The notes beneath the pieces were generated by a model, which saw only the letters and a list, made by a program, of their open reading frames with translations, was not told the origin of the DNA and ran no database searches. A stretch of DNA of 63,976 bases, filler included, from Aduncisulcus paluster (Eukaryota): the NCBI GenBank assembly GCA_024181965.1. It is 12 parts of 12 records of this genome, joined end to end, with 100 filler letters (N's around TTAATTAATTAA, not from the genome) between each part and the next. Parts side by side here need not be neighbours in the genome. Positions count along the whole stretch, not along the records: positions 24,406 to 27,175 come from BQXS01012369.1; positions 27,276 to 29,980 come from BQXS01012370.1; positions 30,081 to 48,414 come from BQXS01012371.1; 9 more parts are not named here. The stretch is one strand, 5' to 3'. Below are positions 24,408 through 34,729 of this stretch, piece by piece. Position 1 is the first letter of the stretch, and every line of letters starts with the position of its first letter. A program made the translations under genes and the position numbers.

Positions 24408-24914
24408 GACGATTGGGTCTCTTCTTCTGCGTGCATTCGCAATGCATCACAAAATAATCACGAGTATTCTGATGGAGATTCCTATCATTCGAATAACAGC
24501 CATTCCAGCTCGTCAGATTCTTCAGGTCCCGATGATAGTTTTATTGGATTCTTTGATTTCCTGGATCCTAATCATCACCATGTCAATGATAACAACAACT
24601 CATCAACAAATCACCATTACATTGCATCTTATGATATTCTTTCTAATTTTAGAGACATAGAAAGCCGGATTATGGGCAATGTAAATAACAAAATGGACTC
24701 TTTAAAAGCTCCTGATCAGAGTTTGTGGTTGCTTGTAATCACTCTTTTCTTCTCAATTGCTATAATTATCCTCGTTATAATGATAATAGATATGAAATTC
24801 CAAATGAAAAAAATGAAGATATCAAAGAAGGCGAGTGAAATGTCCAATAAGAACAAACACTCGCTGAAAACTCTGCAAGGAGCGGCACAAAAACTTGAAA
24901 ATAGAAAGAGATAA
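24408..24914 (+). CDS. C-terminal part of a single-pass membrane protein (5'-partial)
   Basis: Frame open from the scaffold start (DDWVSSSAC...) into the 24672 ORF; TM helix LWLLVITLFFSIAIIILVIMII then a basic tail. Confidence 0.65.
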   Translation, partial: DDWVSSSACIRNASQNNHEYSDGDSYHSNNSHSSSSDSSGPDDSFIGFFDFLDPNHHHVNDNNNSSTNHHYIASYDILSNFRDIESRIMGNVNNKMDSLKAPDQSLWLLVITLFFSIAIIILVIMIIDMKFQMKKMKISKKASEMSNKNKHSLKTLQGAAQKLENRKR

Positions 24915-25214
24915 ATCAGTAGCCAAAAAAATTTAGTCCTCATAAGAACTGAACATAGATATGAATGGCACTTCCTTCCTATTGATTTGGATAACGTTGT
25001 ATTGTGTGAGTTTGAAGGGAAAGGAATGTGGGGTAATAAGAATAATCGATGGTTCGAGATATACTCCCTTGTATTTACTACCTTTCCAGAAGAAACCTTT
25101 GCAGCTGAACGATTATCTCTACTTCCATTGAAATAATCCGATAATACTGATATTTTCTGCAAAGAAGGACAATGTTATTTTATTCCCTTGCGTCTATCGC
25201 GTGTCAGTCTTCCC

Positions 25215-25918
25215 AGAAATAGTCGTTTGTCAGATGTCTGATATGAATGCACATGAGATAATGCATTCTATTCCTGCTTCCCCACAGAACGAAAACGATC
25301 ATGAAACTCACCCTCCTGAGCCTGGTGAACTGCCTCCGCCAGGTGAGGAAAGGGGGCCTTCTCGTAGGACCCCCGCTGAAACTCATGATTCTGGGAACCC
25401 TGCTGGTACCAATCAAATCCGCCCATCAACCAATAGGACCCAACGTTCTCAATCACACAGGGACAGCATGACTATGAAAGATGTCATCAAGGAGGTTGAA
25501 TCGCCCGTGAAAGCTGCCGAACAGAGCAAGCGCCAAGTCTATCAGAACCTTGCTGCTGTTCGTACTCGCGAAAGACTCCGCAGAGGCACCCCTGTAAGCT
25601 CCCTCGGTGAGATGGTCCAAATTGCCAACAGTTCTATTAGCATTTATACCTTTTGCTGTTGACTCCATTGGTACCGTCGGATCTGAGGCTCTCTCTTTCT
25701 TGAAAAAGATTGTTGCTTGGTATGGAAATCCGAAACAACGCATCTCCTCCAAAGAAGGTGACAAAGCTGTCTATATGACGAGGCTGAGGCTACTTCGGAG
25801 ACGCATCGGACAAGCTGTGCTCATGAGAGCATTTGGATCGGCTGACAAGGCCATATCCAAACTTCTCGACAGAGCTGGCTTTACCAAGAGAGCCAGAGCT
25901 TCGATGGCGTTCCTCTAG
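25215..25918 (+). mobile_element. Non-LTR retrotransposon remnant (RLE-endonuclease type, CRE/R2-like), frameshifted and lacking RT
   Basis: AAEQSKRQVY then, after a frameshift near 25635, FIPFAVDSIGTVGSEALSFLKKI...LRRRIGQAVLMR, matching the distal restriction-like endonuclease signature AE..K..KY...F.PF..E..G..G..A..FL. Confidence 0.7.
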
Positions 25919-26417
25919 TATGTCTAACCCTAGAATAGTTTCCTAAAACAACTCCTAAGGCTTCCCACACAGTTTTCTATCCCTCCAATGATATTCTTTC
26001 TATTTCAATAACATTTCCTCCACTAATACTTTCCTTCTCTATCATTAAACAACCTCTATCAGCTATTGAATGGTTTAAGCTTTCCAACTCCAATATATTG
26101 GTACTTGCCATTAGAATGGTTTAATCTCTACTCTATATGATTTGTTGCTGACAATATGTTTTTGCCCATTATTTTCTTTTTGTCTTTATTTTTTCTTGTT
26201 TGGAGCATGTCTTGCTCAATAACCGGCTAAACCGGGATTTACCGAAACGCTTTATTTTCTCCTAGCGGAGTTTGGAAGATAGTTGACACATAGGTGTAGG
26301 TGACGTAAGAGAAAGGCACATAGACTCGGAAAACGGTATGGGAGGAGTATGAGCAGCTGATCTATAGAGACTTTAGATGAAGTCGGAGATCACCAAATAA
26401 AACCTTAAATCTGCCCA

Positions 26418-26643
26418 CTATCTACACCAAACCACGCCTACGAGATACACACGAACGGTGAGTAAAAGGAAATAGGAGACGGTGGTTGCGGATAGTTTCT
26501 GAAGTGTCATAGCCACTGACAGCGAAACTGCACTGCAGCGGAGCTCATAAGATTGACGATTCAAAGCATTGCCATAAGCAAGGGAGCGAGCAAACACTAC
26601 CTTGAGTTCCTCTATGCAGCGAGATGAATGATGACGTTGAACC
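26418..26643 (-). mobile_element. Second RLE-type retroelement 3' fragment, cut off at the putative LTR insertion
   Basis: IEELKVVFARSLAYGNAL resembles the terminal S.AL..GNA helix of RLE ORFs; the fragment ends at 26643. Confidence 0.4.
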
Positions 26644-26951
26644 TGTGAAGTTCTCAATGATCTATTTATAGAACTGACCCACTCCGATCACATTTATTCA
26701 ATAAATTGCTAACGTCATACAATAATATTATTAGAATGACACCAAAAGATAGTAAGAAGGATACTACGAACGCGATGAAAACCGTTTTAACAACCGAAGC
26801 CGCTCCAACGATGCCGCGTCTAGAAGAGCTGACAAGCGAGTCCTGGATCGATTTTATGGCTGGTCATGAACATTACATTAGTTTGGGGGGCCACAAGAAA
26901 TGGCCAGAATTGGTGGATGTGACCGTACTGGACATTATAAAGGTGTGGTGA
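26644..26951 (+). mobile_element. Candidate short LTR (26644-26721) followed by a truncated Gag-like ORF (26736-26951)
   Basis: TGT...ACA ends, TATTTATA and AATAAA inside; the first 32 nt recur exactly at 55175-55206. The ORF PRLEELTSESWIDFMAGHEHYISLGG shares a P.L...F...Y...GG pattern with the ORF at 50697-51361. Confidence 0.55.
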
Positions 26952-26988
26952 TCACCTTTAGATATCCAATCATGAAAATATTAAAATG

Positions 26989-27061
26989 TCATATATGGTT
27001 CAGTTGGTATGGCAGCTGTCTGCTGTACTGCTAGTCCTGGGTTCAAGTCCCAGGAGATGTA
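26989..27061 (+). pseudogene. Degenerate tRNA-like sequence (pseudo-tRNA or SINE head), nominal anticodon GCT
   Basis: A box TGGTTCAGTTGG, B box GGTTCAAGTCC, perfect T arm CTGGG/CCCAG, canonical 73-nt spacing, followed by TTTT; acceptor stem pairs only 4/7 and the anticodon stem has a T-T mismatch. Confidence 0.7.
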
Positions 27062-27862
27062 TTTTATTAACGTACTGTAAGGTACTGTAGCTTGTCATGA
27101 GGGATGACATGACAAGCATTATGACCATTGAAGTCTATTAAAGTAAATTTGCTACAGCCACAAGTATTTTTATTGNNNNNNNNNNNNNNNNNNNNNNNNN
27201 NNNNNNNNNNNNNNNNNNNTTAATTAATTAANNNNNNNNNNNNNNNNNNNNNNNNNNNNNNNNNNNNNNNNNNNNCCATTAAAAATAGTGGTATTAAATT
27301 ATCTATATGGTAATACTTTGGTAATACTTTTATTCGTTTTTTGTCATGTCATTGGATGGCATATTTGACCCCATACTCAGTTTTATTTGTCCGAAATTGC
27401 AAGGATACCCCAATGCCGAATAGCAAATATAGAAAGTACATTGTATGTATTGAATCAATACGGCAATATTTATTGGGGTATCCAACATCACCACAAATAT
27501 AATTTAAGAAATCACAATAAAACTCAATTTTAACAGCTTAAAAGCACATTTACTTAGATATTTTATTATTTATGGATACAAATCATATGATTTTCTGTTC
27601 AATTTTTTTTTACCCAAAAAGCAAACCGATACCCCATATAAAAATATAATAATTATTAAGCATACACTATGCAATAATATATTATGCTATCAAGGTGATT
27701 CCACTTTTTTTGGACATCAAACAAAGTAACGTCTATTTGCTAAAATAAACAATTAATATTAATGACAAAATAATATTCTATATATAAAGTCGATTGACTC
27801 ACCAAGCCTAAGCAGGAACCCCTTTTTTGAAAAATTGTCAATTTTGATCACTCAACAAACAA

Positions 27863-29719
27863 ATGGAGGAAGAAACAAAATATTATAAAGAAATATTAGA
27901 CTCAAAAGATAGATATGGAGGGAAAGTATGGAAAACTTACGCTAAACAAAGAGGAATTGAAAAAATGAAAAAAGACGAGATTTTTAAATTGGGTATCAAT
28001 CAATTACTTAAGGATATTTCGATCAGGAAAGACTTTATTCATTGTAATATTTGCGATTGCGAAATTAAGAAGGTTGATTCTTCTTTCATCTCTCATATAA
28101 CTTCGAATTCACATAATTCTAAATTACGCGAGAAATTGAAGACTGTTCGGGGAGAAAAGCGCAGATTCAGTGAAGAAGTTATTTTAAGAGCTGCAATAGC
28201 TGATATAACAATCCCAGGGGCATGTAAATTACTGGATGTAAAGTTACAAAAAATGATCAAAAATTTTACAAGCCCATATGAACTTCATCCGTCAACTTTA
28301 TACAAAATATCCTATTCGTTGTTTCCAGAAAAAAATCTCCAAGATAAAAGAAAATATGTTCAAGCTCCATATTCGATTATACTTGACAAAAGTATAAGCC
28401 ACGGTAAATCGGTATTAATGATATTATTGCATGGTATTTTTGGGACAATAGCGGCAGGATATATTGATATAGGAATGATAAAAGAATCATTATTTAAGAA
28501 GGCACTTGCAAGAGAATTGAAAAGAAGTTATGCCGCCGAAAAAGAAACTGTAACAGCTTGTCGATACGAGTTTGCAAGAAATAATGCAGATAATGATCCA
28601 AAATACTCCTTTAGTTATCTTCTCAATAATTTAGAATTAACATTGTCATGTCGGCAAGACAAGGTCCATGAAATTTTGCCGAGCCCAACATCCACAATCT
28701 CTTCGTGTTTAATTAAGAAATTTGAAGACATGAAAATTAATCCATATAATGTATCTATGATCATTTCTGATCGTGAACCATTAATGGTTAACGTATGTGA
28801 TATTCTGTGTTCAAAAGGCTATGGGACCAAATGGTTACCGTGTATGTCCCATCTGCTAAATTCCTTAATTAAGACCTATATTGATTATTATTACGAAGCG
28901 ATTCCATCCTTTATTGATAACATGTCCCACGTGTTTCGAAAAACGTCAGAAGAGAATTTAGCTCTTCTAAAAGCAGCAAAAATTCCAATCATTCATTTAT
29001 TCCCAATTCGGTGGACGAGTCTACTTGAAGAGTATTCAAAGGTTTGTAAGAATTGGGATAAATATCTTCGACTACTTGAAAGGTTCAAAACACCTTCAGA
29101 ACAAGCCAATGATTGTATTATGTTTCTCCGGAATAGAGGTTATAAAAAAGATAAAAATGTCTTTTTCTATGACTTAATTCCAATGGCTTTGAAAGCTTTG
29201 AGAGCTTCTCAACAAAACTTCCCCTCCTATTCAGCGTATACCGTAATCCAACAATTTGTTACAAAACTACACACAGAATGGCTTGGCCATAATATTCCAA
29301 CAAGGCCTTACAAAGAGGCATATAAGTACATTGACGATTCTTTGTTGACGTATTATGCCGTTATTATTTTTCAATGTCCGATAGATTCTGAGATTAGCAA
29401 AATAGAGATAGATTTGCTTTTGAGAGCAATTGAAATCTCTAAACAAGAGTTGACGACTACTATACAAGTTCAGTTAAGAAAATATGTTGATAAATTTAAT
29501 GCTGGAGCAGAGATTAATCTCCAAAAAGAATTTTATCAACTTGAAACTATTTCAAGATTTTTTCAAAGTATTCCAATGTCAGGAGCTGCCGTTGAACGAT
29601 TTTTTTCAATCATGCATCAGAATAATATCAAATTAAGGGGGGGTCAAAGCATTGAGACACTTATGGAGAGAACAATATATATTTTTAATTCAAAGAATTT
29701 GAGAAAAGAATCGGAATAA
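27863..29719 (+). mobile_element. hAT-superfamily transposase, intact 618-aa ORF
   Basis: Zn finger CNIC...HITSNSH, first Asp in SIILDKS, second Asp in IISDRE, CxxH in WLPCMSHLLN, RWTS, catalytic Glu in SGAAVERFFS. Confidence 0.85.
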
Positions 29720-30080
29720 AACTGATAAAATACTGTTGGGAGAAAAATAATAATATAATAAACCATTCCATTTTGTTATGTCCGCAAAGAAAATCAAATC
29801 AATAAGATGGTCGAAATTGAAAATGGAAGAAAAGAATATATATTATGAAATAAAAAAGAAAATAAGCATGCTGCAAAATTACAATAAATTATTATTTATT
29901 AGAATTGAAATATATCCATATTTATAAATGTTTCAGGAGCCAATCTGCAAGGTTGAAAAATAAAATCACTGATGCTGCTANNNNNNNNNNNNNNNNNNNN
30001 NNNNNNNNNNNNNNNNNNNNNNNNTTAATTAATTAANNNNNNNNNNNNNNNNNNNNNNNNNNNNNNNNNNNNNNNNNNNN

Positions 30081-30397
30081 TGAGAAAAAGATTTAAAATA
30101 TGGCAAAATATCCAATATATCCTTTGAATGTTTAAATTTAAGTAAAAATGTGTTGTCATCAAAATTAAGTGCCACTGCACGACGATGAATGTGTTTAAAA
30201 CATAATGAAGGTCCAGAGGGCAAATTTTCGACAGCTCCGGAACTATAATGTATTGTTATGAGTAAAGGAGTATCATGTTCCCCAAGTTTTATCTCCAATT
30301 CCTGGCTAACTCCTTCTTCTTCCTCTACCCAGGTAGAATCACCATTTTCATCTTGAAAAAGCGAGAAAACATTAACATCATAAAATATACTTTCCAT
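30081..30397 (-). CDS. REC114-like PH-domain protein, 3'-partial (start at 30397 or 30493)
   Basis: YDVNVFSLF...STW...LEIKL...ITIHYSSGAVENL...KHIHRRAVALNF..TFLLKF followed by an amphipathic helix; motif order resembles the REC114 N-terminal domain as recalled. Confidence 0.5.
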
Positions 30398-30684
30398 ATA
30401 CAAAAGAAATAAGTATTTTTGCTTTTTGGATTCAGACTGGATGCAAAAAAACAGTTTGATAGCTGGACTCAAAATATCAAACAGATATTCCATATAAAAA
30501 TGAAATTAAAAAGATATTAAATTTCAATTTTATCCCCATTGAATTCTTTTGGAGTGAATTTCGAGCTATACCTTGGTTCTGACTTTATGGTTGATCTACA
30601 TCCGCTCTCAAATTAAATATATTTTGATTTTTGCAGTCCTATTATATTTTTCATTGAATTATATGTTGGAATGTGCAATATACT

Positions 30685-31526
30685 TTATTTTTTCCGGTAA
30701 GATTTGATAACCTTTTGAACATCTGAAACCAATTGTTCAAATCCTTCTTCAGCCATTATTCTTGTAATAAGAGATTTTAAGTTTTCTCTCGATATGCTTG
30801 TCACAATATCTTGGCAAAATATGATTTCGGGTACTTGGTTCTGTGTTTCTTCCACTTCCTTATCTTTTGGAGAAATTTTTTCAATTTCATCTGAAAATTC
30901 TTCGTCTTTTTCCTGTGTTAACTTTGATTTTTCCAAATGTTTCTGTACTTCTGAACCCGATTCTTTTTTTGTGATATATTTGAGTTGTGGCAACGAGTCT
31001 TCTTCTTCATCATCAAAGGGTTGATGTGATGATATAGCATCTCTCTCTGCCGTGGCAATTTTTTGGATGTCCATCACCCCTTCACTCATACTCTGGGCGA
31101 CAGCTACAATGCGTTTATGTGTTTCTTGGACAGTCATACCCTTCTCGCTCTGGGATTCATCTTTTTCGTCATCAAATTTGAGAAGCGTAACAAATTGCTT
31201 AAGTGATGCAAGTGCGAGAGGGAATTCATCTTCGAGAAAGGCGATAGAATAATTTGTTGAAGGAGTTTGAATCAATAAAACGTTTGATTCATCCGATTCA
31301 CTCATAAATATTTCCTGATTTTGCCCTGGAAAAGAAGCAAATAACTGGAATAAAGAAATAAGTTAACGATATATACAGAAGACTGCAAAGAAGTCAAACA
31401 TACAATTTTAACAGAATGTGGTTCGATATTTGAAATTTTAATCCATCCACTTTTTGAATCGACCGATTTCGCAACAAAATGAGCTTTGTCAATAATAGTT
31501 TGTTGGGATGTTGTTCTATCCTCCAT
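30685..31526 (-). CDS. REC114/PHS1-like meiotic protein, 260 aa; exons 31526-31404 and 31344-30685
   Basis: A 59-nt GTATGT...TTCCAG intron (31403-31345, phase 0) joins MEDRTT...SGWIKISNIEPHSVKI to LFASFPG...; beta-rich N-terminus, acidic disordered linker, C-terminal NLKSLITRIMAEEGFEQLVSDVQKVI. Confidence 0.6.
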
Positions 31527-31554
31527 AAGCACAGAAACGCAAAATACCATAGGT

Positions 31555-31790
31555 TTAACTCGATGTATTGCGAAAAGTAATTTCAAAAGCTTCAAATGCA
31601 CGACTTTTTGTCCAATCAAACTTTGAGAAAGATTGATCTTGTCAATGCAAGGGAGGGGAAAAGGTTAAATATTTGATGTCAGACAGAAATAAGATGAAAT
31701 AGAAATACTTTTTATGAATGCCTTCATCATCGACTCTGTCTCGGAGTCTACTATCCCGGATACTGAGAACTGACGGCCAGTTCTAGTCAT
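31555..31790 (-). CDS. Possible 54-aa two-exon microprotein
   Basis: ATG at 31790; a putative 71-nt intron GTATTT...GACAAG (31708-31638) gives MTRTGRQFSVSG...AFIK|NQSFSKFDWTKSRAFEAFEITFRNTSS*. Confidence 0.3.
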
Positions 31791-32296
31791 CTTCTGAAGA
31801 ATTGAGTATTGTTTTATGATCTCTTTTATGGACTTTGTAAAATGTACAAAAATCTTCATAGGTCCGACCTAAAAAGCAAGGGTACCAAATCTTTTTGTTC
31901 TTTGAATTTCAAAGTTTGAAAGAACTTCTTTCGACCAAAAAAGACCTAAAAATGAGTCATTTTGAGATCTGCAATACAAGTTGTATTATTATTTAGTATT
32001 ATTTAGATGTCTTATTTGGCCGATCTTGGCTCAAATTTAATGTTGAACTTCGTTTGAATCATCGATGAATACCATTCATCTAGTAGATCTTTAAACACGG
32101 ATGCATTTATTATCTATTCAGATCTAGTAGATCTATTCAAGTTTCGGAAAAACATAATTTATTTTCCCATTATTTTCCAGATATCAACAGGGATTTCAAT
32201 TATCGGCCGATGAAAGGCATTATGGGATTGTAATAATTAGGATTTTTTGCTTCACAGAATGTAATACATGAATAAAATAAAAGGTTTGAAAAGTTA

Positions 32297-34471
32297 TCAT
32301 TTCGAAGATTCATCCATTGAAAAATCATCCATAAAATCAGAAGATTCGCTATCCTCTTTTTCAGAATTTTGTTTGCTTTCTTCCTCTTTCTTCCTCTTTC
32401 TTTCTTCCTCTTCCTTTCGCTGTTTTTCTTCCTCTTCTTCTTTCCTCTTTCTTTGTTCTTCCTCTTCTTTTCGCTGTTTTTCTTCCTCTTCTTCTTTCCT
32501 CTTTCTTTGTTCTTCCTTTCGCTGTTTATCTTCCTCTTCTTCTTTCCTCTTTCTTTGTTCTTCCTCTTCCTCTTCTTTCCTCTTTCTTTCTTCTTCCTCT
32601 TCCTCTTCTTTCCTCTTTCTTTGTTCTTCCTCTTCCATCGAACTATCATTATTAATACTTTCATAAATAGATTTTTGCGAAAACGACTCTTCTTTGTTTG
32701 ATTCAAATCCAAATGAATCTTCCTCTTCTTCTTCCTCTTCTTTCTTCTTTCTTTGTTCCTCTTCCTTTCGCTGTTTTTCTTCCTCTTCTTTTCGCTGTTT
32801 TTCTTCTTCCTCTTCTTTTTTCTTTCTTTCTTCTTCCTCTTCCTTTCGCTGTTTTTCTTCCTCTTCTTCTTTCCTCTTTCTTTGTTCTTCCTCTTCCTCT
32901 TCTTTCCTCTTTCTTTCTTCTTCCTCTTCCTCTTCTTTCCTCTTTCTTTGTTCTTCCTCTTCCTCTTCTTTCCTCTTTCTTTGTTCTTCCTCTTCTTCTT
33001 TCCTCTTTCTTTGTTCCTCTTCTTTCCTCTTTCTTTGTTCTTCCTCTTCTTCTTTTCTCTTTCTTTGTTCTTCCTCCTCTTCTTTTCTCTTTCTTTCTTC
33101 CTCTTCTTCTTCGCGAATAGATTTACGTTCGACGGTTTTGATTGTCCACAAAATGCGCATTTTCAGTGCAATAGCGGAAAGAATGCGACCAACCTCCAAA
33201 ATATCCCAAGTCTTTGATGAATTTGACTCCTTTTCGACTGTATCCAGGACGTATTCAATTCTCTCCGCCTTGACAATTCTTTCTGCAACAATATAATCGA
33301 GAACATGGGTCTCAAGGGATGCCAATGATTTAGGAAGTGGAAGAAGGACATGCTTTGGTTGTTGTTCATCTTGGAGAGCAGTTTCACCGACAGAGAGAGA
33401 CACGGATGAGATAGAATCAATAATAGGTGTCGACTCTTCAACTTGCTGAGAATGAGGGGAAGACTTGGAAGAAGAATGAAGGGAACGAGATTGATCTCGT
33501 TTTTTTACAACAATTGATTGTTTAGATTCTGAAGAAGAAATGGGCTTAACTTTTTTAGAACGAAAGCCGATAGATTTCTTGGATTGGGAACTCTTTTGTG
33601 AAGATTTAATGGGAGTAGACCTTTTTGAAGCAGATGGTGTCCGATATACACTGCATTGAGACCGACTTCTTTGTCTTTGTGAGGAAGGAGATGTTGTTTT
33701 TTTCCGGGTTCTCGAGCCAAGTGAGGAACTTGATCTTTGTTGGCCGTTGTATGATCGCTGAAGTGACGATTGTAAATATCTTGATGAAACCTTTTTCTGA
33801 GGAGAATGTGTGAGTGAATAGAGAGTAATGTTGGAAACATCGAGATCACCCAGATCATTGTGAACATCAGGGACATACTTTGAAGCATCAAGGATGCCCG
33901 CCCTCTCATGGCGGATAAGAAGAGATGGATAACACGACGTGTCATACTGATTTTTACGCCTTTGAGCCAAAGTATGAGTCGAATCAAGGGCAGTTTTCAT
34001 TTTCTTAAGCATCTTTTTATGTTCAAGTTCAAGAAAAGAATCCCCTTTTGATTTAATTCGGCCCTTTTTACGTGTTGAATGTGAAAGAGAGGGAGGAGGA
34101 CCGGTTTCGATACGAGGGCGTGTTTTTGAAAGGGTTTTCTTCATTTTTCCTAACATAGATTGGTGTTCAATACTATGGGATGCTTGTAGTTTCTTTGCTG
34201 TGGAAAATAGCAAACGAAATATTTTCAAAACAGTAAGTATGAAAATTAAAAAAAATTTCAAAAAAACAATTATCTCTTAAAAAAATAACAATAAAAACAT
34301 ACCTCTTCTATGTTTGTTCATGCGTTTATCGACATGAGACATTGGTTGATCTGTTGCGACAGCAGGCTTGGCTTTTAACAAAGCAATTCGATGTGCAAGG
34401 AGCCTTTCCAAAATAAGATCTCTTCCCTGTGTCGTTCGATCATCAGGTTGGATAGAATAATGTTTAGGCAT
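32297..34471 (-). CDS. Protein with a CFAP97/SPATA7-like basic N-terminus and a long E/K/R repeat tail; exons 34471-34303 and 34197-32297
   Basis: A 105-nt GTATGT...CCACAG intron (34302-34198, phase 1) joins two track ORFs in frame; repeated H..(M/L)L..(A/T)(K/R)P.(V/I) motifs; EEEEQRKRK repeats at 32380-33110. Confidence 0.7.
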
Positions 34472-34729
34472 TCTGAGCTTTGAAGATTGGTTCAAAAACA
34501 CCAATATTGTCCAGTTGTTTCAATATTCGACAATTCTTAACAAAATTGCAATCATTTTAAAGTATACATTAATTTTACTTTCAGAATTTTACATTTTTAA
34601 CTGCTTCAAATTGAAAAAATGAATAAATTTACGACAATCAGTAGTTGTGCAACCACACCTTTTTCTGATTGAAAATCCATTAACAAATGGAAAGTTCAAA
34701 TTTCCTTTTGAAAAACTTATGTGGAGAAG

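Noticed and set aside
26989..27061. Functional tRNA-Ser(GCT)
   Set aside because: Acceptor stem pairs 4/7, anticodon stem has a mismatch, and there is no long variable arm
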